From: Myxococcaceae bacterium
Lineage (GTDB): Bacteria; Myxococcota; Myxococcia; Myxococcales; Myxococcaceae
Reading direction: 5' to 3'
Assembly (NCBI GenBank): GCA_052143535.1
Contig: JBKQSS010000075.1
Location: forward strand, 40,588 to 104,587
DNA: 64,000 nucleotides
Below, piece after piece: positions 28,013-37,343 of the stretch; position 1 is the first letter of the stretch; each line of letters starts with the position of its first letter. Below the pieces are notes generated by a model that had not been told where the DNA came from, did no database searches, and saw only the letters and a program-made list of their open reading frames with translations. A program made the translations under genes and the position numbers.

Positions 28013-29497
28013 CTAGAACTGGAAGAAGCGCTCCATCGGCACCCCGTCATCTTCGCGGACGTGCCGAAACTCGTTGGTGGTCGACGAGTAGCGATAGTCG
28101 GCCCCCCAGGTCTTTGCATGCTCGACACAGCTGCGGACCGCTGCGGCCAGGGCGCGCACCTCCTCGGTGGTGGTGGTGGGATGGAGCGAGATGCGCACCC
28201 AGCCGGGCTTGTCTGAGAGATCCCCGAGGTCGATTTTGTCGGTGATGCGGCTCGAGCGATTCGGATCGACGTGCAGCAAATAGTGCCCGTAAGTCCCCGC
28301 GCACGAGCAGCCGCCGCGCACTTGGACGCCGAAGCGGTCGTTGAGCAGCTTCACCAAAAGGTTGTAGTGCAGGTCTTCGACATAAAAAGAGACGATGGCC
28401 AGGCGGTCGTCGACATGGTCGGCCAAAAGGTGCAGTCGCGGAATGCTTCGAAGCTTGCCGAGCAACAACTGCAGTAGCTCATGTTCGCGCTCGAGCATTC
28501 GAGCCGTTCCCATGGCCTCCTTGAGCTGCACCGCGAGCGCCGCCTTGATGGTTTGCAGAAAGCCGGGCGTTCCACCGTCCTCGCGCGCTTCGATGTTGTC
28601 CACGAAACTGTGCTGATGCCAGGGGTTGGTCCAGTTCACGGTGCCGCCGCCAGGCTGGTCCGGGACTCGATTGTGGTAGAGCTGCGAGTTGAAGACGAGC
28701 ACGCCGGAGCTTCCCGGGCCGCCGAGGAACTTGTGCGGCGAGAAATAGACGCCGTCGAGTCGGTCCAAAGGGTCCGCCGGGTGCATGTCGATGTCGACGT
28801 ACGGAGCCGACGCTGCATAGTCGATGAAGCAGTAGCCGCCGTGCTCGTGCATCACTCGGGCCAGCCGATGGACGGGCGTCCTAATGCCAGTGACATTCGA
28901 GCAGTCGGTGAATGCCCCGAGCTTCAACGGCCGCTCGCGATAGCGTGCGAGCGTTTCTGCGAGTTGGTCCACGCCCACCAGGCCGAGTGCGTCTGGCGGG
29001 ATGACCTCCACGTCGGCAACTGTTTCCAGCCAGGACGTCTGGTTGGAGTGGTGCTCCATGTGCGTCACGAAGACCACCGGCCGTAGCTCCGCGGGAAGAC
29101 GGCAAAACGGCGCGAGCTGCTCCGGCAGCCGAAGGCCAAGCATTCGCTGGAGCTTGTTCACCACCGCCGTCATCCCCGAGCCCTGGGTGATGATGACGTC
29201 GTCGGGTCCGGCGTGGACGTGCTCCTTGAGAATTGTCTGCGCGTGTCGGTAGGCGCGGGTCATCGCCACACCAGTGGTGCTCGACTCAGAATGGGTGTTG
29301 CCCACCAGTGGCCCAAACCGCTCGACGAGGCAGCGCTCGATGGGCGCATAGAGGCGACCGCTGGCCGTCCAATCCGCGTACAAGAGCTGCTGCTCGCCAC
29401 AGGGCCCAGTGAAACAGTGGCGCAAGCCGACGATGCCCTCGCGAAATTTCGCGAAGAAGCCAGCCAGGCGCTCTGTTTCCGCGAGGGGGAGTTGCAC
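28013..29497 (-). CDS. aminotransferase class V-fold PLP-dependent enzyme (cysteine desulfurase / selenocysteine lyase-like)
   Basis: 494 aa with the PLP-lysine context VYFSPHKFLGGPGSSGVL, plus THMEHHSNQTSW. Confidence 0.7.
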   Translation of the reverse strand: MQLPLAETERLAGFFAKFREGIVGLRHCFTGPCGEQQLLYADWTASGRLYAPIERCLVERFGPLVGNTHSESSTTGVAMTRAYRHAQTILKEHVHAGPDDVIITQGSGMTAVVNKLQRMLGLRLPEQLAPFCRLPAELRPVVFVTHMEHHSNQTSWLETVADVEVIPPDALGLVGVDQLAETLARYRERPLKLGAFTDCSNVTGIRTPVHRLARVMHEHGGYCFIDYAASAPYVDIDMHPADPLDRLDGVYFSPHKFLGGPGSSGVLVFNSQLYHNRVPDQPGGGTVNWTNPWHQHSFVDNIEAREDGGTPGFLQTIKAALAVQLKEAMGTARMLEREHELLQLLLGKLRSIPRLHLLADHVDDRLAIVSFYVEDLHYNLLVKLLNDRFGVQVRGGCSCAGTYGHYLLHVDPNRSSRITDKIDLGDLSDKPGWVRISLHPTTTTEEVRALAAAVRSCVEHAKTWGADYRYSSTTNEFRHVREDDGVPMERFFQF

Positions 29498-29862
29498 AGA
29501 GAAGGAGTCTCACGCTCTTCCGCGTCCGTGCAAGGCCCGCCGCGTGCGTGCGCTCAAGGCGTTTTCCCTAGCCCAACCCGGGGGGGCACTTTGCACCAGC
29601 CGTGAAGACGCCCGCGGGCCAAAAGGCCTCCTCAACCCTCCGCTGCTCGTCTGCCCGTGACCCCCAAGCCCAGAGGACTCGGCCTCGACAAGCGCCGCGG
29701 GAGACGGAAGACCTCCGAGCCTGGCCCGGCTGTGCGTGACGCTCCGCCGGCCTTCTGCGCAAAGACAGTTGGCGCCGCCGCGGGCGGCGATGCCGCAACA
29801 AGCACTTGAGGTTAGGGCCGTGCGTTTGCTGAGCCAGGACGGGCGTGGTACGCACGTTGGTT

Positions 29863-30177
29863 ATGGCGCGAGTCACTATTGAAGACTGCGGTCCCTACGC
29901 GGAGAACCGCTTCGCGCTTTCCATTCTTGCCGTCCGGCGCACCAAGCAGCTGCTCTCTGGCGCCACCTGCACGGTGCCCTCCGGCCGAGACAAGGCCACC
30001 GTCACGGCGCTCAGAGAGATTGCGGCGGGCAACGTGAAATTCGAACAAGACCTCCGCAACGTGCTGGGGCACCACGCGCCCGTTCCCGCTGGCGCGGCCT
30101 CCGCGACACCGCCCGCCCCCACGCTCGAGACGGTGGCCGAGGCGCTCCGCAGACAGCCCTTCGTCCCGACGCGGTAA
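29863..30177 (+). CDS. rpoZ: DNA-directed RNA polymerase subunit omega
   Basis: MARVTIEDCGPYAENRFALSILAVRRTKQLLSG is the canonical RpoZ N-terminus. Confidence 0.9.
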   Translation: MARVTIEDCGPYAENRFALSILAVRRTKQLLSGATCTVPSGRDKATVTALREIAAGNVKFEQDLRNVLGHHAPVPAGAASATPPAPTLETVAEALRRQPFVPTR

Positions 30178-30360
30178 GGCGCTTCCAGCCTCCGCCGGAG
30201 GTGCTGCGCTCGGGCCAGCCTCCGGCGAGCCCGTCAGTCGCTGTTTTCTGAGGGACGGACGTGCTGCGCCGCGTGGGGCTGGGACGGCTGGGAGTCCACA
30301 GCTGTGTCGGGGTCCAGCGGCACCCACTTCCGAGGGCGGTGGGCACCATGGCAAGTAGCC

Positions 30361-30780
30361 ATGCTAGTGCACGCCCATGCGACCGCCAGCGCGCAGGGCC
30401 CGCTCGTGCTGGTGGTGGATGACCAACCTTTTTTTCGGGCCTTCCTCCGAAACGCCTTGGCGCGCCGCGGACACACCGTCCTGACGGCCGACGACGCGGA
30501 CCAGGCCGAACGCCTTGTCGAGGAGGTTGGGCCTCCCTTGGTGCTCATTCTCGACCTGGTGTTGTGCGGAGTGAGCGGTCCGCAGCTCCTCCACAAGCTG
30601 TCCCAGCGCCCGGACGCACACCGTCTGCGCTTCATTCTCGTCTCCGCCCACCCCGTCGTAGAAACGGTGGCACCGGACTCACGCTTGGTTGTCGGCCGGC
30701 TCAGCAAGCCAGTCGACCTCGAGCGGCTCGCCCAGCACCTCGAGATGGCTGGCGCCGCGCTGCGCGACTCGGAAACGTGA
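30361..30780 (+). CDS. single-domain response regulator (CheY-like receiver)
   Basis: LVLVVDDQPFFR..., acceptor-Asp context LVLILDLVL, and ...GRLSKPVDLERL. The start (30304 GTG or 30361 ATG) is uncertain. Confidence 0.7.
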   Translation: MLVHAHATASAQGPLVLVVDDQPFFRAFLRNALARRGHTVLTADDADQAERLVEEVGPPLVLILDLVLCGVSGPQLLHKLSQRPDAHRLRFILVSAHPVVETVAPDSRLVVGRLSKPVDLERLAQHLEMAGAALRDSET

Positions 30781-30844
30781 AACGTCCCGAGGCGGATGGG
30801 CACGGCGCGCGCTCGAGAGGGTCCTAGCTGCGAAAGAGGGGCGC

Positions 30845-31484
30845 CTACTTCAGTTCGACCATGACAGCGCTGGCCTGGCCCTCCACCAACTCTTCGTAGT
30901 GGATGCGGCCGCGCGGGCTAAACTTGGTCAAGCCGAACGAGTGGGGGTTCAGGACGCTCTTGCCGTCCGGAGTGGTCGACTTGAGGACCCCGTCAGCGAG
31001 GTAGACGACGACAACGTCTCGCGCGTGGAAGTGCAGAGGCGTGCGCTTGCCGAACTGCCAAGTGTACCGCCAAGCAGTCACGCGCTCATTGTCGAGGGCC
31101 TTCTGGATGCTCGGGCGGTCAAAGGCGTCGGGAAGCCCGGTGGGATTGGCAAGCGCTGGCAGGGAAGCCTCTTCCAGCTGAACCACCACACTCCTCGCCG
31201 CCTCTTTGGACGTCCCCCGGCGGCGACTGGTCGGGCTTCTCGGCACGTACTCAACGTCTCCAGCCTGGTGATGGGCCACCGCGGTGTTTCCGTCGGCGCC
31301 CGTGACCTCGAGGTCGCCCGCAGTCAAGAAGATGATGACCGTGTCCCTGTCCCAAGCAGCGCTGGTTTGTCCCTCAGTCCAGGTGACGTCTCAAACCGCG
31401 ACTTGTGAGTTCTGGAGGATGGGCTTGGCCTGCTCCAGGGGAACCACCGCAAGCGGTAGCGCCAAAAAGGGGCAGCGAAGTCAT
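30845..31484 (-). pseudogene. lipoprotein with a duplicated beta-rich (cupin-like) module; apparent frameshift near 31374..31393
   Basis: ATG 31484 encodes MTSLPLFGATAC... with a lipobox, and that frame stops at 31374. The domain frame (track 30845..31327, TTG start) is open from 31390, and its upstream extension ...AWDRDTVIIFLTAGDLEV mirrors the later RDVVVVYLADGVLKS repeat. Confidence 0.35.
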
Positions 31485-31545
31485 AGGAGTCTCTCGCTCG
31501 AGGAAACTGGCCCGCGGAGAGGCAGGGGCCGACGGGGGTTCTTGG

Positions 31546-32481
31546 TCAGGCCGGCGCCATCGTGCGCTGGCCGGAGAAGTTGGCGTCTTCGGGCTGGACC
31601 CAGTCGCGGTCCGGGCCAAGGTCTATCACCACCAGCGGCGTGCCGTCATAGCGTAGGCGCCTGCCGGGATAGACGTAGGCGCGGAATATGTAGCCGAGCA
31701 TGGAGCGCTCTTGGAGCCCTGGGTGGAGCGTCGGCCGGACGCGCTCGGCATGGGCCGCAGGCAAGAGGCTCCAGTGCAGCCCCGGTTCCATATGGTGCAT
31801 GCCGTGGTAGCCGTTGTTCACCGTCAGGAAGTTCAACAGCGGGCTGATGAAGGTGCGTGAGTGGTTGACGGGGTGGTCCGGGTCGCAGCCGTCATGTTGA
31901 ATGAGGTTGATGGTCACGATGCCGAAGTTGGCGAAGAGGTGCGGCACCACCAGAAACACCAGCGCCTTGCGCCAGTCGAGCAGCAAGAGGGCACCTTTCG
32001 CCCCCCACACCACCACCGCTTCGAAGAGGTACTGGTGGTGCCACGCCGAAATTTTGCTCCCGCGCAGCTGTTTGAAGCGCGCGTTGCCCCGCAGAATGGC
32101 CGGCGACACGGCCGGAAAGAAGAAGAGCAGGTTGAGGAGGTTCCAGCGGAAGCGCACCTTGGTGGTGCGCATGACGTCCTCGCGCCTCTCGGTGTAGCGG
32201 TGGTGGGAGAGGTTGTGCCCCGGGACGTACTCGCTGATGGGGAAGCCGTAGGACAGGCTGACCCACACTTGAAAGAGCCGGTTCATCCAGCGGCGGGTGA
32301 AGACTGGGGAGTGCACGGTGTTGTGGGCGACCACCGCGCAGAGCCACGAGTTGTACGAGAGCACGGCTACCCACGCCCAGAGCAGAGGGCCCGTGGGCGC
32401 AAGAAGCCAGCCCCCGATGAAAAGGGTCGCGTAAGCGGCGAGAATTCCTAGGGTGCGTATGTCGGCTCTGTAGCGCAGCAC
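31546..32481 (-). CDS. membrane fatty acid desaturase family protein
   Basis: His boxes AHNTVH, HNLSHH and HGMHH. Paralog of 2635..3606. Confidence 0.85.
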   Translation of the reverse strand: MLRYRADIRTLGILAAYATLFIGGWLLAPTGPLLWAWVAVLSYNSWLCAVVAHNTVHSPVFTRRWMNRLFQVWVSLSYGFPISEYVPGHNLSHHRYTERREDVMRTTKVRFRWNLLNLLFFFPAVSPAILRGNARFKQLRGSKISAWHHQYLFEAVVVWGAKGALLLLDWRKALVFLVVPHLFANFGIVTINLIQHDGCDPDHPVNHSRTFISPLLNFLTVNNGYHGMHHMEPGLHWSLLPAAHAERVRPTLHPGLQERSMLGYIFRAYVYPGRRLRYDGTPLVVIDLGPDRDWVQPEDANFSGQRTMAPA

Positions 32482-32531
32482 GTTAAAGGTACCTTCCCAA
32501 AGGAAGCGGGCGACGTCCAGCCCGGCCTGGC

Positions 32532-33275
32532 CTAACGCCGTTTTGTCACTCCGGCCACCGAAGTAACGCCATCCGCTCGTGGCGGCATCAAACGGTCCAG
32601 GACTGCGCGAGCCACGGACGGTGAAAACAGCATCCCCAGATGGCCAACGTCTGGGACATGCACCAGGTCGTCCCCGGCGGCGAAAACACGCGGGATGATG
32701 ATGTTGTCTGAGCCCGCGACGATAGAGGTGTAATGCACGGTGCGGGAGTGTCTCTCGCTGTTGGCGAGCCGTTCCAGGACCGCGGAGTCCGGACGTAGCT
32801 CATGGCCCACGCGGGATGAAAGCCAGTAAGCGTTATAGGTGCCTCGGTGGGGCGTTCCAAGCGTGATGCAGCGGTCCACCCGCCGCGCGCCGCCCAGCTG
32901 CTCGAGGTAAACGCGGGCCACCAGCCCTCCGAGGCTGTGGCAGAGGAGGTCGATTCGCCCCCCCCGAACGGCGTGGCGTAGGTAGTCCCGGAGGGCGCGG
33001 GCCGCGTGCTCGATGCCGGCCGAAGCCCGGTAGTCAAAGGCCAAAATCTGCCGCATGCCGTGGGCGCGCAAGTAGGCGCTCAGTGGGAGGAAGCTGCTGC
33101 GGTTGGCGCCATAGCCGTGGACCAGCACCACGGTACGCTGCTCGCGTCGTCGCGGCGTCCGCTTGCGCTGGGCCCGCCAGCCGAAAGGGTGAAGGAGTGA
33201 AAAAGCGGCCAGCGCCGCCACCTCCCGCGCCACCAGCACCCTGGCAGGCCGGGCCGAGGCGGGGAAGTCGCGCAT
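32532..33275 (-). CDS. alpha/beta hydrolase (lipase/esterase-like)
   Basis: ATG 33275 begins 247 aa containing VVLVHGYGANRSSF and the nucleophile elbow CHSLGG. The upstream part of track ORF 32532..33938 overlaps the desaturase gene and is rejected. Confidence 0.75.
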   Translation of the reverse strand: MRDFPASARPARVLVAREVAALAAFSLLHPFGWRAQRKRTPRRREQRTVVLVHGYGANRSSFLPLSAYLRAHGMRQILAFDYRASAGIEHAARALRDYLRHAVRGGRIDLLCHSLGGLVARVYLEQLGGARRVDRCITLGTPHRGTYNAYWLSSRVGHELRPDSAVLERLANSERHSRTVHYTSIVAGSDNIIIPRVFAAGDDLVHVPDVGHLGMLFSPSVARAVLDRLMPPRADGVTSVAGVTKRR

Positions 33276-34048
33276 CACGCCGGCGCCTCCTCCGGGGCCG
33301 CCCGCAGGGCGGTGTTGGTCGCAGGGACGAAGTGGATGATGCGCAGCCAGGCGAGTAGCCGCATGACTTGGTAGGCAGGGTCGAGCTCGAACCAGCGGAC
33401 AGCGAAGTTGGGCCGCGTCGGGAACTGGTGGTGGTTGTTCTGGAAGAGCTCGCCCATGGTGACGAATTCCAGCCGGAGGGTGTTCTTGCTGTCGTCCTCG
33501 GTGTCGAAATTCCGGTAGCCGTAACGGTGGCCGCACCAGTTGACGATGGCGCCGTGAATGGGGCCCATCGTCCAGTGGACCGGCAAGAGAAGAAACCACC
33601 ACAGGGAGGGGGCGAAGTGGGCGTAGAAAAGGACGAACAGGAGCGACAAGGCAACCCGCGTGCTCCAGCGCTGCGAGAGTCGGTCGATGAACGGCCACTC
33701 CGGCGTTCCGCCGAGAAACCGCGCTTCGGGCTCTCCGCGCCGGTAAGCGTAGACGTCGTATTGGTGCTTGGTGTGCCACATCATGCTCGCCACGTTGGAG
33801 AAGAAGCGGGGCGAGTGCGGGTCCTGCTCGGTGTCCGCAAAAGTGTGGTGCTGACGGTGCAAGATGGCGTACGCGCGCGGCACCAAAAACGACGGCCCCT
33901 GCGCCACGAAGGCGAGCAAGTAGAAGAAGCGCTCCCATGCGGGGCTCATGGTGAACATCCGGTGGGCGCCGTACCGGTGGAGGAAAAACGTCTGGGCGAA
34001 GATGGAGAGCCCCCAGTGGGCCGCGAGGAGACAGAGGATGGCCGTCAT
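33275..34048 (-). CDS. acyl-CoA (delta-9-type) desaturase
   Basis: His boxes HRYGAHR, HRQHH and NNHHQFP. The start overlaps the stop of the RHH gene (ATGA). Confidence 0.8.
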   Translation of the reverse strand: MTAILCLLAAHWGLSIFAQTFFLHRYGAHRMFTMSPAWERFFYLLAFVAQGPSFLVPRAYAILHRQHHTFADTEQDPHSPRFFSNVASMMWHTKHQYDVYAYRRGEPEARFLGGTPEWPFIDRLSQRWSTRVALSLLFVLFYAHFAPSLWWFLLLPVHWTMGPIHGAIVNWCGHRYGYRNFDTEDDSKNTLRLEFVTMGELFQNNHHQFPTRPNFAVRWFELDPAYQVMRLLAWLRIIHFVPATNTALRAAPEEAPA

Positions 34049-34350
34049 GACTCTCGGTCCGCCTTCCGCGACCCCGCAGGGAGCCGGCCCACCAGCGTTC
34101 GCCGAAGACTGTCTCGCCCCTGCGCCAAGCGCGCGGCGCCGGCCCGCAGCCCCTGCTCGACGCGCTCCCCGGCCTCGTCCGCTGCGGCCAAAGCGTCCTC
34201 GAGGATGGTGCGGATGAGGTTAGAGACGGGAATTCGCAGCTCCTCGGCGAAGCGCTTCAACTCTGCCTCGAGGGGGGCTGGGACGCGGGTGTGGATGACG
34301 CGCTCCTTTCGCGCTCTGGGCGCGGCGGCGCGTGAAACGGGCCTCTGCAT
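34045..34350 (-). CDS. ribbon-helix-helix-like small protein, putative operon regulator
   Basis: KERVIHTRVPAPLEAELKRFAEELRIPVSNLIRTILEDAL fits a beta-strand/helix/helix RHH pattern. It is the first gene of the desaturase/hydrolase operon. Confidence 0.5.
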   Translation of the reverse strand: MQRPVSRAAAPRARKERVIHTRVPAPLEAELKRFAEELRIPVSNLIRTILEDALAAADEAGERVEQGLRAGAARLAQGRDSLRRTLVGRLPAGSRKADRES

Positions 34351-34351
34351 G

Positions 34352-34374
34352 AGTCACTTTGTATCACAAAGTGA
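34352..34374. promoter_or_regulatory. perfect 10-3-10 palindrome GTCACTTTGT-atc-ACAAAGTGAC abutting the RHH start codon
   Basis: 39% GC in a ~68% GC context. It ends 1 nt from ATG 34350. Confidence 0.55.
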
Positions 34375-34500
34375 CACGTCTGTCCAGACGAAGAAGAGTG
34401 CCGTTCGCATCGCGCGTCGGTGCGCCGTCGGGGGACACGACAGGGGGAGGACCGTCACCCCCCGGGCGCGTCGCCACGCTCTTCGGGGCAGGAGCGATGT

Positions 34501-35514
34501 TTAAGGGCCCGCCACCCAGAGCTGTCCGGCCGCCGAGTCGGCGGCAAAGGCCTTGCCGGCGGCTGACACCACCACCCCCTGCACTCCGGACGCGGTATGC
34601 GCCTGCCCGGTGGCGCTCAACGCGCCGCCACCGAGAAGCTCGGCGCGGGTGAGAAGCTCGGCCTTCCCTGCGGCAGCGAAGACAGTCCCGAGTTTCGGTG
34701 CGAGGTCGATGTTGTCGAGGCCCGCTCCCGTTTCCAACCTGCCGAGCAGAGTGGGCACGGGATTGACCGCGAAGGAAAGGAGGCGGTCCGTGCAGGCCAC
34801 CACCAGGACGTCCCCGGTCGCGTCGAGCGTCATCCCTCTCGGCCCCTCGGCGCTGCAGGTGGTTGGCCAGTGGGCCGCGGTAGCGCGCTTGTGCACGTCG
34901 AGGACCAGTGTCTGGTTTCGGTCGCGGAGGTTGGTGTAGAAGCGGCCCCGGGCGGCGTCCACCGCGTAGCCCTCGGGCTCGCCGGGCAGCTCGATGTGCC
35001 CTGCGATGGGAAGCCCAGCCTTGGCCGCCGAGAGGATGACGAGGGCTTTCGCGATGGGCAGGGTGGCCCACACCTCATCGGTGGTGGCCACGTAGGCCAG
35101 ACCGTCCGGCGCCTCCGGCAGGGCCACGCACTCCCCCCGCTGCAGGGTGCGCAAGTCCACCGCGCACACCGAGGAGTCCGCCCGGTTGCCGATGAAGGCG
35201 CGGCCAGGCCCAAACGTCACCGACGAAGGGCCGAGCTCGCGCCCGTCTCTCTGCCGCGTGGCGAAGCCCTCAATGGTACGGATGGTTTCTAAGTTGGCGT
35301 CGACGACGAAGACGCGGCCGGTAAGTCCACCGGGGACCCACACCTGGTTGGTGCCCGGCTCGTAGCCGAGGTAGTCCATACCAATGCGGCCGGGGGAACT
35401 GGGGAGGAGCCGGAGGGCGTGGATGGGAAGCGTGGCGACGCTGCCGGCGTCGGGTTGTCCGAGTGCAACGGTCGACGTCAGGGTCGAGGCGGCGAGGAGG
35501 AGCAGACGGTACAT
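34501..35514 (-). CDS. secreted beta-propeller repeat protein (YncE/YVTN-like)
   Basis: Signal peptide MYRLLLLAASTLTSTVALG and repeated ...G.a.d......yv.n... blades. Confidence 0.6.
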   Translation of the reverse strand: MYRLLLLAASTLTSTVALGQPDAGSVATLPIHALRLLPSSPGRIGMDYLGYEPGTNQVWVPGGLTGRVFVVDANLETIRTIEGFATRQRDGRELGPSSVTFGPGRAFIGNRADSSVCAVDLRTLQRGECVALPEAPDGLAYVATTDEVWATLPIAKALVILSAAKAGLPIAGHIELPGEPEGYAVDAARGRFYTNLRDRNQTLVLDVHKRATAAHWPTTCSAEGPRGMTLDATGDVLVVACTDRLLSFAVNPVPTLLGRLETGAGLDNIDLAPKLGTVFAAAGKAELLTRAELLGGGALSATGQAHTASGVQGVVVSAAGKAFAADSAAGQLWVAGP

Positions 35515-35572
35515 GGTCGGCTCTATAGCGCAAACCGGTTCGCGACCAACTGAGGGGAAAAACCCCGGTGCG

Positions 35573-35761
35573 TCAGGCGGCGCGCGCGTCGACCCGAACG
35601 TCGCCGGTCGCCATCGACGTTGGCGACAGGGCCGTCGCCCCGCCGAGTGGTCCGCGGCGATCCCCGGAGCTCGGCCGTCCGTCCCTCGGGAAGTCGAGTA
35701 GGTCCGCCACCAGCGCGTCCTCCAACAGACGCCTGCGCCACTTGTCGTCGAACTTGAACAT
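35573..35761 (-). CDS. hypothetical small protein (62 aa)
   Basis: ATG 35761 is preceded by AGGAGAGAG. GC3 is about 85-90% in this frame. I recognise no homology. Confidence 0.35.
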   Translation of the reverse strand: MFKFDDKWRRRLLEDALVADLLDFPRDGRPSSGDRRGPLGGATALSPTSMATGDVRVDARAA

Positions 35762-35868
35762 GGACTCTCTCCTCATGTCGGTGCGGCCTCAGTGCCGCGC
35801 CCATAGGGACAAGTTGCGCTCCCCGGTGACAGACCGCCAAGACATTTGTAGGGCACCTGAAATAACCT

Positions 35869-36834
35869 TTGGCTATGGCCATCAACCTCAACTCGCTCCG
35901 GCTCTTCACCGCGGTCGCGGAGCACCGGGGCTTCACCGCGGCCGGACGGCACCTGCGGGTGAGCCAGCCGGCCATCTCCAAGGCGGTGAGGCAACTGGAG
36001 GGGCAGCTCGGGACGCAGTTGCTGGTGCGGACCGCCCGCGGGGTGACGCTGACCGAGGAGGGCACGGTGCTGTTGGCCCACGCCCAAGTTCTCTTTGGCG
36101 AGGAGCGCGCCGCGGAGGAGGCCCTGGCCGAGCGGCGGGGCCTCAGCCGCGGCTCGCTGCGCCTAGGCTCGAGCATGACGGTGGCGAGCAATTTCCTCCC
36201 GCCCGTCCTCGGCGCCTTCCACACACGCCACCCGGCGATCGAGTTGACGCTGGTTGCCGCCAACACCCGTGCCGTGCTGGAGGCGCTCCTCGCCAACACG
36301 GTCGAGCTCGGCGTGGTGGAGGGCCCCGTCAGTCACCCACGGGTGGAAGTGTCCCCCTGGCTCGAGGATGAGCTGGTGGCGGTGGCGGCGCCAGGCCATC
36401 CCCTCGCCCAGGTGCGCCGCCTCAGCGCTGCGCGGCTCTTCCAGGAGCTGTTTCTCATTCGCGAAGAGGGGGCAGGAACGCGCGACGTGGTGCTCGCCGC
36501 GCTGCGAAACCGACAGGTGACGCCAGCTCGCCTGTTTGAAATCAGCGAGAACGAGGTCATCAAACAGCTCGCTGCGGCCGGGGTTGGCTTCACCATTCTC
36601 TCCCGGCTTGCGGTTCAGAAGGAGATTGCCCGGGGGGAACTGGCGACACTCTCCGTCGACGACCTCGTTCTGCGCCGAACACTCACCTGGCTCCAGGTGA
36701 AGGGCCGCCGGCCGACTGCGGCGATGACCGAGTTTCGCTCGCTTGCCACCGGGCCCTTCCGACCGTCGCTCGAGTCCCTCCCTCAAAAGAGTGTGCTAAG
36801 GACTCCCGCGCCAAGGAGGCCGAAAACTTCATGA
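35869..36834 (+). CDS. LysR family transcriptional regulator
   Basis: LNSLRLFTAVAEHRGFTAAGRHLRVSQPAISKAVRQLEGQLGTQLLVRTARGVTLTEEG. Confidence 0.9.
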   Translation: MAMAINLNSLRLFTAVAEHRGFTAAGRHLRVSQPAISKAVRQLEGQLGTQLLVRTARGVTLTEEGTVLLAHAQVLFGEERAAEEALAERRGLSRGSLRLGSSMTVASNFLPPVLGAFHTRHPAIELTLVAANTRAVLEALLANTVELGVVEGPVSHPRVEVSPWLEDELVAVAAPGHPLAQVRRLSAARLFQELFLIREEGAGTRDVVLAALRNRQVTPARLFEISENEVIKQLAAAGVGFTILSRLAVQKEIARGELATLSVDDLVLRRTLTWLQVKGRRPTAAMTEFRSLATGPFRPSLESLPQKSVLRTPAPRRPKTS

Positions 36835-37334
36835 CCATACGCGCGGGTGAGCGCCTTCCGGACGGAACCCTCACCGAGATGATTGAGGTCGAGACTCCGG
36901 GCTGCGTGGTGGGCCCGAACAGCTTCAAGGTGGCGGACCTGATGAAGGGCAAGCGGCTGATTATTTTCGGCCTGCCGGGTGCGTTCACCCCGACCTGTTC
37001 TGGGAAACACGTGCCCGGCTACGTGGGCCACTACAACGACTTCCGCGCCAAGGGTGTGGACGAGATTTGGTGCGTCGCGGTGAATGACGCCTTCGTGATG
37101 GCCGCCTGGGGCCGAGACCAAAAGGCAGACGGCAAAGTGCGCATGCTCGCCGACGGCAGCGCCACCTGGACCAAGGCGCTCGGTCTGGACCAGGACCTCA
37201 CCGCCCGTGGGATGGGCATCCGCTCGCAGCGCTACGCCATGCTCGTTGAGAACGGTGTGGTGAAGCTGCTCAATGTCGAGGCCCCCGCCATGTTCGAAGT
37301 CAGCGACGCCGACACCCTCCTGCGGGCCGTCTAG
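36831..37334 (+). CDS. peroxiredoxin (Prx5/PrxD subfamily)
   Basis: FGLPGAFTPTCS contains the peroxidatic Cys. 167 aa, with a 4-nt overlap with the LysR gene. Confidence 0.88.
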   Translation: MTIRAGERLPDGTLTEMIEVETPGCVVGPNSFKVADLMKGKRLIIFGLPGAFTPTCSGKHVPGYVGHYNDFRAKGVDEIWCVAVNDAFVMAAWGRDQKADGKVRMLADGSATWTKALGLDQDLTARGMGIRSQRYAMLVENGVVKLLNVEAPAMFEVSDADTLLRAV

Positions 37335-37343
37335 GACAGTGCA

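Noticed and set aside
28013-29497. The class-V PLP enzyme considered as SelA or a dedicated selenocysteine lyase serving the neighbouring selenoprotein.
   Set aside because: The K-x-LGGP context resembles SelA only superficially, and the overall pattern is that of a generic class-V aminotransferase fold. A terminator hairpin separates it from the FDH operon. The link is speculative.
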